A DNA stretch of 64,000 nt from Candidatus Omnitrophota bacterium (GTDB lineage: Bacteria; Omnitrophota; Gorgyraeia; Tantalellales; Tantalellaceae), in the NCBI GenBank assembly GCA_014728075.1, contig WJMG01000008.1, forward strand, positions 15,229 through 79,228, given 5' to 3'. Numbering within the stretch: position 1 is the stretch's first letter; every line of letters starts with the position of its first letter. The notes below the pieces were generated by a model, which was given only the letters and a program-made list of their open reading frames with translations, was not told where the DNA came from and did not search any database. A program made the position numbers and the translations under genes. Below, piece after piece: positions 35,202 through 44,970 of the stretch.

Positions 35202-36548
35202 ATGGGCAGGTTGACACCTCCGCAACTTCTTATCGTAAGTTTTATCAGCGTCATACTTATCGGCGCTTTTCTGCTGTCCCTTCCCGCGGCGACCGCCGGA
35301 GAGGGAAGGCTTTCCGTGGTGGACAGTCTGTTCACGGCCACGAGCGCTACCTGTGTCACGGGACTGATAGTTAAAGACACGGGGACTTATTTTTCCGATT
35401 TCGGGAAATGGGTCATTTTCGCTCTTTTCCAGGCCGGCGGCCTCGGTATAATGACTTTTTCCACTCTTTTCGCGGTGCTTCTCGGAAGGAAAATAGGGTT
35501 CCGCGAAACCGATGTCATACAGAGCACACTGGACAAGCACAGGATACTCGGGCTGAACAAGCTGATAAGGTACATCGTGACCATAACGCTCGCCGCCGAA
35601 ATACTGGGAGCGGCGTTCCTTTATTTAAGATGGCGCGCGGTGACTTCCTGGGGAGTTGCCGAAACGCTGGAAAGGTCCGTGTTCCATTCGGTCTCGGGTT
35701 TCTGCAACGCGGGGTTCTCGCTTTTCAGCGACAGCCTGACGCGTTTCGTGGCCGATCCCTGGATAAACCTCACGATGATGGCGCTTATCTTTCTCGGCGG
35801 AATAGGCTTTATCGTAACCATGGAGCTTCTGGGGCTTTTCACGAGAAAAGGCCCGAAGAGGCGCCTCAGCTTTCAGGCCAGGACGGTCATCACGGTCTCT
35901 TTTCTGCTGATAGCCGCCGGCGCGGCCTGTGTGATCTTTTTCGAGAAGGACGGGGTCCTTAAAGGTATGCCGTGGGATACTAGAATATTGGCCGCTCTTT
36001 TTCAGTCGGTAACGGCAAGGACGGCGGGATTCAACACGGTAGATACGGCCGCGCTTTCGGTGCCCGTTCTTGTTGTTATCTGCGCTCTTATGTTCGTCGG
36101 GGCTTCGCCCGGTTCGACCGGAGGCGGAATAAAGACCTCTACGGCCGCGGTATTATGGGGGACGGTTACCGGTATGCTCGGAAACAGGAAAAGGGTGATG
36201 ATATTCGACCGTTCCGTGCCGAGGGGGATAATAAGGGAAGCGATCGTGATATTTTTCCTGGCGGTTTCGTGGATATTCGTGTTCACGCTGCTGTTGACTT
36301 TTTTAGAAAAAGATAACCCCGCTGTGGGAGGCGGCCTTGTCAGGCCGCTTTTCGAGGTCATGTCTGCTTTCGGTACAGTAGGGCTTTCTACCGGCATAAC
36401 GGGGGGGCTCTCTTCGGCCGGAAAATTCTGCCTGACCTTGACCATGTTCGCGGGAAGGCTCGGCCCGCTGACCCTGGCCCTGGCTGTAGCTTTCAGGGAA
36501 ACCAAGGGCACTTATGTTTTTCCGGAAGAGACCATAATGGTGGGCTGA
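35202..36548 (+). CDS. ktrB: TrkH/KtrB family potassium uptake membrane subunit
   Basis: Multiple M-P-M repeats with GLGIMTF / GASPGSTGGGIKT selectivity-filter-like Gly motifs; 448 aa. Confidence 0.85.
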   Translation: MGRLTPPQLLIVSFISVILIGAFLLSLPAATAGEGRLSVVDSLFTATSATCVTGLIVKDTGTYFSDFGKWVIFALFQAGGLGIMTFSTLFAVLLGRKIGFRETDVIQSTLDKHRILGLNKLIRYIVTITLAAEILGAAFLYLRWRAVTSWGVAETLERSVFHSVSGFCNAGFSLFSDSLTRFVADPWINLTMMALIFLGGIGFIVTMELLGLFTRKGPKRRLSFQARTVITVSFLLIAAGAACVIFFEKDGVLKGMPWDTRILAALFQSVTARTAGFNTVDTAALSVPVLVVICALMFVGASPGSTGGGIKTSTAAVLWGTVTGMLGNRKRVMIFDRSVPRGIIREAIVIFFLAVSWIFVFTLLLTFLEKDNPAVGGGLVRPLFEVMSAFGTVGLSTGITGGLSSAGKFCLTLTMFAGRLGPLTLALAVAFRETKGTYVFPEETIMVG

Positions 36549-36609
36549 TCCTTCGGCCTCAAATTTTTTCTTCTTTGCCGGGAACGGAAGGCAGAATACT
36601 GGAGGAACG

Positions 36610-37302
36610 ATGAAAAAATTCGCAGTTATAGGTTTAGGGAGGTTCGGGGCGAGCGCCGCGACGACGCTCGCGGAGAAAGAACAGCAGGTTATCGCTATCG
36701 ATACCAGCGAAGAACTGGTGCACGAGGTCATGGACCATGTGACCAAGGCTGTTTGCCTTGACGCCACAGACGAAAAGGCCGCGCGGTCCGTAGGGCTTCA
36801 TAATGTGGATGTAGCGATCTGCGGCATCGGGACCGACCTTGAGGCGAGCATACTGGTGACGCTTCTGTTAAAAGATCTCGGCGTCCCGATCATAGTGTGT
36901 AAGGCCGACAGTCCCGAACACAAGAAAGTCCTGGAAAAGATCGGCGCCACTAAGGTCATACTTCCCGAAAAAGATACGGGCGCGCGACTGGCGGATACGC
37001 TTATCTCGGTATCGGACCAGGTACTCGACCACATAGGCCTTTCCGGGGGAGCCAGCATAATCGAGATCATTGCCCATGAAGAGTTCGTAGGCAAAAGTCT
37101 CAGAGAGCTTGAGATGAGGGCCCGGCACGGCGTGAATGTCATAGCGATAAAGAGGAAAACCATAGTTATAAAGAACGGTATGGAGACCGAAGAGGAGAAT
37201 ATAAATGTCAATCCCCAGGCGGATGATGTGATCTCAAAGGGTGATATACTTGTGGTCTTCGGGGAGGACGACAAGATCGAGAAACTGAAAAACAAGGGAT
37301 GA
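36610..37302 (+). CDS. ktrA: TrkA/KtrA potassium uptake regulatory subunit (RCK_N + RCK_C)
   Basis: Rossmann VIGLGRFG, RCK_C region at C-terminus; 230 aa. Confidence 0.85.
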   Translation: MKKFAVIGLGRFGASAATTLAEKEQQVIAIDTSEELVHEVMDHVTKAVCLDATDEKAARSVGLHNVDVAICGIGTDLEASILVTLLLKDLGVPIIVCKADSPEHKKVLEKIGATKVILPEKDTGARLADTLISVSDQVLDHIGLSGGASIIEIIAHEEFVGKSLRELEMRARHGVNVIAIKRKTIVIKNGMETEEENINVNPQADDVISKGDILVVFGEDDKIEKLKNKG

Positions 37303-37312
37303 CGGGGGATCT

Positions 37313-38332
37313 ATGGAGACCGTAAAAAAGCTTGAGCAGATAAAAAAAGAATTTGAGGAAGAGATAAGCTCATGCCGGGGGGAGAAAGAGCTCGAGGATA
37401 TCAGGATACGATATCTCGGCCGCAAAGGGGAGCTTACCTCGGTCCTGAGGTCCCTTTCCGGTCTCTCTCCCGAGGAGAAAAGAGAAGTAGGGAAAAAGGC
37501 GAACATTTTCAAGAACGAGTTCTCAAGCCGTATTGATTCCCTGAAGAGCGAGCTTGAAGAGAAAGAGGAAGAGGATACCCCGGGTTACGATATTACCCTT
37601 CCGGGCACCGCGCCTTCCGAAGGCTCGGTGCACCCCATAACCCGGGTTATGGGCAGAATAAGCGATATTTTCGTTTCTCTGGGGTTCAGAATAGCGGACG
37701 GTCCGGAAGTGGAATCGGAGTTCTACAATTTCGAGGCCCTTAACATCCCGCTCGACCATCCTTCGAGGGACGCCTTCGACACTTTTTATGTGGAAGGGGA
37801 ATATCTGCTGAGAAGCCATACTTCCAATGTACAGATACACATAATGCAGGAAGAAGAACCTCCGCTCCAGGTGATAATGCCGGGCAGGGTATACAGACCG
37901 GACGCTGTCGACGCGACACATTCTTTCATGTTCCACCAGGTGGAGGGCCTTATGGTGGGAGAGGACATAAGGTTTTCCGATCTTAAGGGTGTACTTTCTC
38001 TTTTTTGTAAAAGCATGTTCGGGAAAGACATTAAAATGCGCTTGCGGCCGCATTTTTTTCCGTTCACCGAGCCAAGCGCGGAAGTCGACATCTCCTGTAT
38101 AATATGCGGGGGGAAAGGGTGCCGCGTTTGTTCGGGCAACGGATGGCTCGAGATACTGGGAGCGGGAATGGTGAATCCCAGGGTTTTCGAGGCGGTTGGT
38201 TACGACCCCGGAAAATACACAGGATTCGCTTTCGGAATGGGTGTCGAAAGGATAGCGATGCTTCTTTACGGCATCGACGACATACGCCTTTTCTACGAGA
38301 ACGACATCAGGTTTTTGGAGCAGTTCAGGTAA
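37313..38332 (+). CDS. pheS: phenylalanyl-tRNA synthetase alpha subunit
   Basis: Class II motifs (FRPHFFPFTEPS, GAGMV), 339 aa. Confidence 0.95.
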   Translation: METVKKLEQIKKEFEEEISSCRGEKELEDIRIRYLGRKGELTSVLRSLSGLSPEEKREVGKKANIFKNEFSSRIDSLKSELEEKEEEDTPGYDITLPGTAPSEGSVHPITRVMGRISDIFVSLGFRIADGPEVESEFYNFEALNIPLDHPSRDAFDTFYVEGEYLLRSHTSNVQIHIMQEEEPPLQVIMPGRVYRPDAVDATHSFMFHQVEGLMVGEDIRFSDLKGVLSLFCKSMFGKDIKMRLRPHFFPFTEPSAEVDISCIICGGKGCRVCSGNGWLEILGAGMVNPRVFEAVGYDPGKYTGFAFGMGVERIAMLLYGIDDIRLFYENDIRFLEQFR

Positions 38333-38354
38333 TTGATCGCAGAGCGATCAATTA

Positions 38355-38445
38355 CAGGTAGAGGCAAAGGTAGAGGTAGAGAAACGGCTTTCTATGCCTA
38401 CACCTGTACCTATACCTGAATTTTTATTTGCCCGAAGGGCATAGA
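38355..38445. repeat. stutter-repeat imperfect hairpin after pheS
   Basis: caGGTAGAGGcaaaGGTAGAGGTAGAG ... CTaCACCTgTACCTaTACCTg inverted heptamer-drift arms, plus ctatgcc/ggcatag and tttGCCCGAAGGGCa small hairpin. Confidence 0.7.
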
Positions 38446-38459
38446 ATAAAGGAATACCC

Positions 38460-40508
38460 ATGAAACTAAGCTATAACTGGATAAAAGATTACATCGACCT
38501 TGAAGGAATAACCCCCGGGGAACTGGCGCATGCCCTTACCATGTCGGGCTCCGAGGTGGATTCGATGGAGGATGCGGGCGGAGATAAGGTTATGGAGATG
38601 GAAATAACCTCTAACCGCCCGGATTGCCTTAACATGATAGGCCTTGCCCGTGAGGCTTCCGCCGTTTTCGACAGGGACCTTAAACTGCCCGGTATGACGC
38701 TTGAGGCGAATCTTGTCGACAAGGAGATAGAGAGGAGGGAATGCGTTATTGAGGCCGCAGACCTCTGTCCGTTTTATACGGCAAGGGTTGTTTCGGGTGT
38801 TTCGGTGAGGGCTTGCGGCGGGGAAATAAAGGAAAAGCTCTCGGCCCTGGGCATGAGGCCGGTGAACAATATAGTAGATATTACTAATTTCTGCCTTATG
38901 GAGACCGGCCAGCCTCTCCACGCCTTCGATCTGGATAAGATCAAGGGCGGCAGGGTCTATATCAGGAAAGCCGCAAAAGGCGAGAAGATAACCACCATCG
39001 ACGATGTCGAAAGGGAGCTTGAGGAGGGAATGCTGGTAATAGCCGATTCCTCCGGTCCGGTGGCGGTAGCAGGTGTCATGGGCGGCAAGGAAACCGAGGT
39101 TACGGAGTCCACGGAAAATATCCTTCTGGAAAGCGCTTATTTCGACCCGCTTTCAATAAGGCGGACAGCCAGGGCGCTCGGCCTTTCCAGCGATTCGAGT
39201 TACAGGTTCGAAAGGGGCGTGGACAAGGCTTCGGTCATACCGTCTTCCGACAGGGCGGCTTCTCTTATCATCGCTGAAGCGGGCGGTAAAGCCGGCCTGA
39301 TGTCGGTCTCGGGACAACTGGAAGCTCCCGGAAAAAAGATAGAGTTCGACATAACCGGCGCCGAAAGGGTTCTCGGGGTCTCGCTGCAGAAAGCGAGGAC
39401 CGTGAGGATACTCGAAAGGCTCGGAGCGGAGGTAACGGAAAAGAAAGAAGGCGGCCTCAGTGTAAAGGTGCCGTCTTTCCGCGAAGACCTGGAGAGGGAG
39501 ATAGACCTTGTCGAAGAGGTGGCCCGTGTGTTCGGATACGATAATATACCGGTTACGATATCAAGGTTCGTGCCGTCGATAGAGAGAAAAAATCATTCGC
39601 GCAGGGTGCTGGACCGCATACGGCGAAGCCTGCCCGCATTCGGGATGAGTGAGATCATGTCCTACAGCCTGATCGGACAAGAGGCCGCTGAAAGGTTCAA
39701 GAGCATTGTGTCCGGCGAGGTGGTCCTGGATAATCCTCTTTCGGAAGAGCATAAAGTGCTCACGCCTCATCTTCTTGACGGCATGCTCAAAGCGGTTTCG
39801 CATAATCTTAACCGTCAGAACACGGACCTGCGCCTTTTCGAGATAGGAAAGATCTATTCAAGGGCGGAAGGAAAAACGCCGTTCGACGAGGAGGAAACAT
39901 TCTGCGCTGCGGTGACCGGAGAGGTCGATCGCGGCTGGCAAACGGATTCGAGGCCGGCGGATATCTTTTACCTCAAAGGCGTCGTGGACGGCATGCTGGC
40001 GCCCCTGAAACTGAAAGCGGAATACAGCCCGTCGGTTATAAAAGGATTAAGCGGAGCGGCCGAAATAAAACTGTCCGGGGAAAAAGACCCCATCGGCGTA
40101 ATAGCCGGTGTCAGCCCCCGCATGCTTAAGGAATATAACATACAGCAGCCGGTCTTTGCCGTCCAGCTGAGACTTCGCCGGGTTATGGAAAAGGCCGTTC
40201 TGGAGAAACATTACCACTCCATCCCCAAATTCCCCTTCTCTTCAAGGGATGTATCGGTCCTTTGCGTCGTGGATACCCCCGCGGGAGAAATAAAAAAGGT
40301 CATATCCGCTACGGGTGAAGATCTCATTCGCGATGTCCGGCTTGTGGACATTTATGAAGGCGATCAGGTCCCCGAAGGAAAGAAAAGTCTTACCTATAGT
40401 ATTACCTACGGGCTTGACACCCGCACCTTGAGGGAAGAAGAGATAGAGGCTGTCCACGGGAAGATCAAAGAGGCGCTTCAGAAAGACCTGGGAGTGAGTT
40501 TCAGGTGA
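38460..40508 (+). CDS. pheT: phenylalanyl-tRNA synthetase beta subunit (short form lacking N-terminal OB tRNA-binding domain)
   Basis: MKLSYNWIKDYIDL start, B3/4, B5, FDX-ACB C-terminal domains; 682 aa. Confidence 0.9.
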   Translation: MKLSYNWIKDYIDLEGITPGELAHALTMSGSEVDSMEDAGGDKVMEMEITSNRPDCLNMIGLAREASAVFDRDLKLPGMTLEANLVDKEIERRECVIEAADLCPFYTARVVSGVSVRACGGEIKEKLSALGMRPVNNIVDITNFCLMETGQPLHAFDLDKIKGGRVYIRKAAKGEKITTIDDVERELEEGMLVIADSSGPVAVAGVMGGKETEVTESTENILLESAYFDPLSIRRTARALGLSSDSSYRFERGVDKASVIPSSDRAASLIIAEAGGKAGLMSVSGQLEAPGKKIEFDITGAERVLGVSLQKARTVRILERLGAEVTEKKEGGLSVKVPSFREDLEREIDLVEEVARVFGYDNIPVTISRFVPSIERKNHSRRVLDRIRRSLPAFGMSEIMSYSLIGQEAAERFKSIVSGEVVLDNPLSEEHKVLTPHLLDGMLKAVSHNLNRQNTDLRLFEIGKIYSRAEGKTPFDEEETFCAAVTGEVDRGWQTDSRPADIFYLKGVVDGMLAPLKLKAEYSPSVIKGLSGAAEIKLSGEKDPIGVIAGVSPRMLKEYNIQQPVFAVQLRLRRVMEKAVLEKHYHSIPKFPFSSRDVSVLCVVDTPAGEIKKVISATGEDLIRDVRLVDIYEGDQVPEGKKSLTYSITYGLDTRTLREEEIEAVHGKIKEALQKDLGVSFR

Positions 40509-40517
40509 AATAGTGGC

Positions 40518-40577
40518 CAGCGTACAGGGGGGCAGCGTATAGGGTATAGGGTAAACGCTGCATGCTGCACGCTAAAT
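40518..40577. repeat. stutter-repeat (AGCGTAC/AGGGTAT heptamer drift) element after pheT
   Basis: ccagcgtacaggggggcagcgtatagggtatagggtaaacgctgcatgctgcacgctaaatg; same word family as 20051, 45526, 51027, 57296. Confidence 0.75.
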
Positions 40578-40591
40578 GCCGGAAAATAATA

Positions 40592-40620
40592 TTGTCGCGC
40601 CCGTTCAGGGATGGTATAAT
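40592..40620 (+). promoter_or_regulatory. sigma70-type promoter (TTGTCG-N17-TGgTATAAT, extended -10)
   Basis: TTGTCG 40592-40597, 17-nt spacer, TG at -15/-14, TATAAT 40615-40620. Confidence 0.5.
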
Positions 40621-40627
40621 TACTTTA

Positions 40628-40809
40628 TAACGCCTGTTGAGTCCGTGATGCGGGTTGAAGTAATTTGGCCAACACATATTAAGCGGGAGCTTAACTCCGG
40701 CTATCCCTGGGGAACGCCGGGAGAGCACCCACCTGGGAGACCAGGCCTCAAATTCTCTTCCTGCACACGGCTCAAACGGGTTTAAAAACCGGCTATGGCC
40801 GGTTTTTTT
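40628..40809 (+). ncRNA. candidate ~180-nt small RNA (6S-like closing stem), promoter- and terminator-delimited
   Basis: Starts ~7 nt after TATAAT, ends at ACCGGCTATGGCCGG-TTTTTTTG terminator (40785-40809); 5' GTTGAGTCCGTG pairs with 3' CACGGCTCAAAC; the only ORF here (40576-40785) starts upstream of the promoter and has no RBS. Confidence 0.35.
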
Positions 40810-40852
40810 GTTTTTACAGAACAAACATTTATACGGCATACACAGATATTGT

Positions 40853-40886
40853 AGATTGCTTCGCTTCTTCGAAGCTCGCAATGACA
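40853..40886. repeat. GTCATTGCGAG...CGAAGCAATCT element, copy 1 (reverse orientation)
   Basis: plus strand agattgcttcgcttcttcgaagctcgcaatgac = RC of GTCATTGCGAGcttcgaagaagCGAAGCAATCT. Confidence 0.7.
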
Positions 40887-41111
40887 TTATGGAGCGAGAT
40901 TAAGATCCTTCGTTCTCTGCTTCGCCAAGGCTCCGGAGAAGTCCTCAGAATGATGGTGGCAGGTCATGGCTCGGAGGTCATAGGGCTTAGGAGGCGATAA
41001 AGTGTCAAAGTATCAAAGTGTCAGCCTTCGGCAGGCGCAAGGCAAAAGGAGAGCGTAAAATATTTATAAAAATAGCCCTTAGCCTTTAGCCATGCGTCTT
41101 TACCCTGAATA

Positions 41112-41146
41112 GCGTCATTGCGAGAGAGTGCAACGACCGAAGCAAT
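41112..41146. repeat. GTCATTGCGAG...CGAAGCAAT element, copy 2
   Basis: GCGTCATTGCGAGagagtgcaacgacCGAAGCAAT. Confidence 0.7.
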
Positions 41147-41201
41147 AAGAATTCTCGAGCCGGGCTTCGCTCTCACTCGCAAGGACAAAGCTGGAACAAC
41201 C

Positions 41202-42533
41202 ATGGACTTTTTCGAACAAAAAACAAATAAAACATTCAAAAACACCGCCCCGCTCGCCAACAGGATGTGCCCTGAAAAACTTGAGCATTTTTTCGGGCAG
41301 GAGCACATCATCGGAGAAGGCAAGCTTCTCAGGCGCGCTATTGAGGCGGACAGGCTTTCATCTGTGATATTCTACGGGCCTCCCGGTACGGGGAAGACCG
41401 CGCTGGCCACCGTTATATCACAGAAGACCGGCGCCCAGTTCGTGAAAAAGAACGCGGTTTCCAGCAATGTCGCTGAAACACGCAAGGTCATAGACGACGC
41501 CGCGAAGCTCAAGAAGCTGAACGGGAAAAAGACCATACTTCTTCTGGACGAGATACACCGTTTCAATAAGGCCCAGCAGGATGTTCTTCTCCCGGAAGTT
41601 GAGGCCGGGACGCTTACCCTTATAGGTACGACCACCGAAAACCCTTATTTTTCGGTCAATTCGGCCTTGATATCCCGAAGCCAGGTTTTTGAGTTCAAGG
41701 CTCTTTCGAAAGAAGCGGTGGTCCGCATGATGAACCGGGCCCTTGCCGACAGAGAGAACGGGCTGGGGAAAATGAACCTGAAGGTAGAGGACGCGGCCCT
41801 TGAGCACCTCGCGAGAACTTCCGACGGTGACGGCAGAAAGGCTCTCGGCGCGCTCGAGATAGCCGCGCTGACGACCGCCCCGGACAAAGACGGCGCCGTT
41901 CACATAGACCTGGCCGTCGCGGAAGAGTCCATTCAGAAAAAAGCAATAGTTTACGACCGTGATGGTGATGCTCATTACGATGTGGCCAGTGCTTATATTA
42001 AAAGCATGAGAGGCTCCGACCCGGACGCCGCGCTTTACTGGCTGGCGAAGATGATAGTCGCCGGGGAGGACCCCAGGTTCATAGCCAGGAGGATGGTGAT
42101 ATGCGCCGCTGAAGATGTGGGCAACGCGGACCCCCGGGCGCTGATCGTAGCCAATTCCGCTATGCAGGCGGCGGATTTCGTGGGATTTCCCGAAGCCCGC
42201 ATACCGCTCGCGCAGGCGACCGTCTACATAGCCTGTGCTCCCAAGAGCAACGCCTCTTATATGGCTATAGATAAAGCGATAGCGGATGTGGAAAAGGAAA
42301 GGACCCAGGAAGTGCCGGACCACCTCAAGGACGCTCATTACAAAGGGGCCAGGGACCTGGGGCGGGGAGAAGGGTATAAATACGCGCATTCTTACGACGG
42401 CCACTATGTAAAGCAGAACTATACGCGGGTAAAGAAAAGGTATTACATTCCCACGGAAATGGGATACGAGAAGAAGATTAAAGAGTGGATGGAGTTATTG
42501 CGAGGTAACAGCAAGAAGGCTCGTAGTTCTTAG
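41202..42533 (+). CDS. rarA: replication-associated recombination protein A (AAA+ ATPase RarA/MgsA)
   Basis: Walker A GPPGTGKT, Walker B LLLDEIHR, sensor motifs, MgsA C-terminal domain; ORF open from 41118 but that region is a repeat element, ATG 41202 preferred. Confidence 0.85.
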   Translation: MDFFEQKTNKTFKNTAPLANRMCPEKLEHFFGQEHIIGEGKLLRRAIEADRLSSVIFYGPPGTGKTALATVISQKTGAQFVKKNAVSSNVAETRKVIDDAAKLKKLNGKKTILLLDEIHRFNKAQQDVLLPEVEAGTLTLIGTTTENPYFSVNSALISRSQVFEFKALSKEAVVRMMNRALADRENGLGKMNLKVEDAALEHLARTSDGDGRKALGALEIAALTTAPDKDGAVHIDLAVAEESIQKKAIVYDRDGDAHYDVASAYIKSMRGSDPDAALYWLAKMIVAGEDPRFIARRMVICAAEDVGNADPRALIVANSAMQAADFVGFPEARIPLAQATVYIACAPKSNASYMAIDKAIADVEKERTQEVPDHLKDAHYKGARDLGRGEGYKYAHSYDGHYVKQNYTRVKKRYYIPTEMGYEKKIKEWMELLRGNSKKARSS

Positions 42534-42658
42534 CTCATGGCTCATAGTGTAGGAAGTGTCTGTGGATCGGGGTTTCTCCCCTTGATCAGGCGAGAGGCCA
42601 GAGGCGAGGGGCAAGAGGAAGAATCTATAGCCCTTAGCCTATTGCCTCTAGCCTTATT

Positions 42659-42730
42659 CCGTCATTGCGAGGAGTTACTGTAGGAGCGGCCTCCTGGCCG
42701 CGAACAAATAATCGAACGACGAAGCAATCT
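42659..42730. repeat. GTCATTGCGAG...CGAAGCAATCT element, copy 3 (long internal segment)
   Basis: CCGTCATTGCGAGgagttactgtaggagcggcctcctggccgcgaacaaataatcgaacgaCGAAGCAATCT. Confidence 0.7.
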
Positions 42731-43163
42731 AAAAAAGCGCCAAGCGTCGAGGCATGGCGCCGGAGCACCGGGCAATGAGAAATGAAGGATGAGGATGGAG
42801 GGTGTCGGGTAATAGTGAAAGTTGAGGATGTAAGGAGGAAAGGTATAGGCAAAGGAAAAGGGTGAAGGGTATATGAGAGCGTGCCCGGAAGGATCAAGGA
42901 TTAAGGATAAAATTCAGGAAGTGGCTGTTATTGCCACGAGTATCGAGTGCCCCATTGTTATCCAGAGGAAGTCCTCGGAGGTTCATTGAATCTTCGAGGA
43001 CTTCAAAGGATCTGGTTGGCTGATATCTGAAGTCCGAAATCTGATAGCTAAAAACAGCCTTTAGCCAGAGCCCTGATACCCGATACCGGATCCTCGACAT
43101 ATTGTTTTATTTGAACGGGTTAATGCTTGACGCTATACACTTAACGTTAACACAGGAGAACGC

Positions 43164-44162
43164 ATGTCGATCAAAGCAATAGCGCTTATATCAGGCGGGC
43201 TTGACAGCCTTCTGGCCGCGAAGGTCGTCCAGGCGCAGGATATTGATGTCCTGGGTGTCGCTTTTGTCATGGCGCCGGCGTCCACCGATATAGATCGGAC
43301 TGCCGAAGAGATAAAGGAAATATCGGAAAAAGCGGGTGTGCCGGTAAAGGTGGCCGATATCTCCGAAGATTTCGTAGAGATGATGAAAGATCCGCCGCAC
43401 GGCTTCGGTTCCGAGATGAACCCCTGCATAGACTGCAAGATAATGATGATGAGAAAGGTGAAAGCCATGATGGAGGCGGAAGAGGCCCGCTTCGTTGTAA
43501 CGGGCGAGGTCCTGGGAGAAAGGCCCATGTCCCAGAACAGGCAGTCGCTTCAGCTCATACAGAAAGTATCGGGCCTGGGTGATGTGCTGCTGCGGCCTCT
43601 GTCGGCAAAACTCCTGGATGAGACCGCCCCGGAAAAAGAAGGCCTGGTGGACAGGGGCCGGCTTCATGATATACAGGGCAGAAGCCGTAAACCCCAGCTT
43701 GCCCTGGCGAAAAAATACGGAATAAAAAAATATTCTCCGCCCGGAGTGAGCTGTCTTTTGACGGATCCCGGGTTTTCGGCAAGGATAAAGGACCTTGCCC
43801 GCCACGAAGGGCTGAGTGTTGAGAATATCGAGCTTATCAAGATCGGAAGGCAGTTCCGGCTGGACGAAAAGACCCGGGCGATAGTCGGCCGCAACGAGCA
43901 AGAGAACGAGAAACTGTGCGAGGCGCAATCGGGTGACGACCTTCTTTTCCGTTTTTCCGAGGACCTGCCGGGGCCGGATGTGCTTTTGAGGGGTAAAGGG
44001 GATGATGAGAATATAAAAAAAGCCGCGTCCTTTGTTGTGAGCTACTCGAAATACAGGGATAAGCCTTCCATGGAAATCGCTTACTGGAGGGACGGAGGAG
44101 AAGAGAGGACCATGGTTGTGCCGCCTCTTCCGGAAGAGGAGATAGAGGAGTATAGAATATAG
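43164..44162 (+). CDS. PP-loop superfamily ATP pyrophosphatase (ThiI/TtcA/LarE-like sulfurtransferase-type), function uncertain
   Basis: SGGLDS PP-loop at N-terminus, CIDC Cys pair, 332 aa with C-terminal extension. Confidence 0.55.
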   Translation: MSIKAIALISGGLDSLLAAKVVQAQDIDVLGVAFVMAPASTDIDRTAEEIKEISEKAGVPVKVADISEDFVEMMKDPPHGFGSEMNPCIDCKIMMMRKVKAMMEAEEARFVVTGEVLGERPMSQNRQSLQLIQKVSGLGDVLLRPLSAKLLDETAPEKEGLVDRGRLHDIQGRSRKPQLALAKKYGIKKYSPPGVSCLLTDPGFSARIKDLARHEGLSVENIELIKIGRQFRLDEKTRAIVGRNEQENEKLCEAQSGDDLLFRFSEDLPGPDVLLRGKGDDENIKKAASFVVSYSKYRDKPSMEIAYWRDGGEERTMVVPPLPEEEIEEYRI

Positions 44163-44252
44163 CGCCAAGAGCCAAGCGTTAAGAAAGCTATCAGCCTTCA
44201 GCTGTCAGCTTTCAGCTAAGGAAGGGGCTGTGGATTGGTGCTGCGCACCCAG

Positions 44253-44287
44253 GCGTCATTGCGAGGAACGAAGAGACGAAGCAATCT
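44253..44287. repeat. GTCATTGCGAG...CGAAGCAATCT element, copy 4
   Basis: GCGTCATTGCGAGgaacgaagagaCGAAGCAATCT. Confidence 0.7.
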
Positions 44288-44343
44288 TAACCTAAACCTA
44301 TACCTGCTCGCGTAGCGAGCTTAACCTGCTCGGAGGGCAATAC

Positions 44344-44733
44344 ATGAAAGAAACCGGCTACATAGTCGAGATCAAGGATAACGAGCTTATTATCGAGATA
44401 CGGCCGCACGAAGCGTGTTCCAAATGCTGCTCGTGCGGAGCCGGTAAGAAGCGGCAGATGACAGTAAGCTCATCAGGGATATCTGATCCCGCGATAGGGG
44501 ATAAGGTTGGGGTCGAAATAGACGACTCGGTAATGCTGAGGGTATACGGCCTCGTTTACGGTATACCTCTGGTGATATTCACGATGGGCATTGTCCTGAG
44601 CTATCTTTTTCTTACCAGGTCCCCCGGCGTCTCTTTTCTCGTGGGGCTTATCCTCATGGGCGCGTCCTTTTTTCTGACCACCCGCGTTTTCAAGAATAAC
44701 CCCAAATACTCTCCAAGGGTTACTAGACTATGA
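44344..44733 (+). CDS. rseC: RseC/MucC family (SoxR-reducing system) membrane protein
   Basis: N-terminal soluble domain with CSKCCSCGAG Cys cluster followed by two TM helices; 129 aa. Confidence 0.65.
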   Translation: MKETGYIVEIKDNELIIEIRPHEACSKCCSCGAGKKRQMTVSSSGISDPAIGDKVGVEIDDSVMLRVYGLVYGIPLVIFTMGIVLSYLFLTRSPGVSFLVGLILMGASFFLTTRVFKNNPKYSPRVTRL

Positions 44734-44797
44734 CGCCTAAGGCTTTATAAATAATAGGTTTAGCTTCAGGCATAGGTTCAGCAGGCCCTCGCCTCAC

Positions 44798-44838
44798 GCG
44801 TTATTGCGGGGAAGATTGAGGAGACGACGAAGCGAGCT
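44798..44838. repeat. GTCATTGCGAG-family element, degenerate copy 5
   Basis: GCGTTATTGCGGGgaagattgaggagacgaCGAAGCGAGCT. Confidence 0.5.
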
Positions 44839-44970
44839 CCAAAGTTAAACCTGTTACCTGAACCAAACCCTACACCTTATACGCTCTACCCATCCCTCAT
44901 TTCTCATTAACCGGTGCTTTTTATGCTCTGGTGCATTGCTGCGCTAACTTAACTCTCGCGGCGGCGTAAT

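Noticed and set aside
40576-40785. 69-aa ORF downstream of pheT
   Set aside because: The start codon lies upstream of the predicted promoter and there is no Shine-Dalgarno. The interval is better explained by the promoter/terminator-bounded sRNA candidate.
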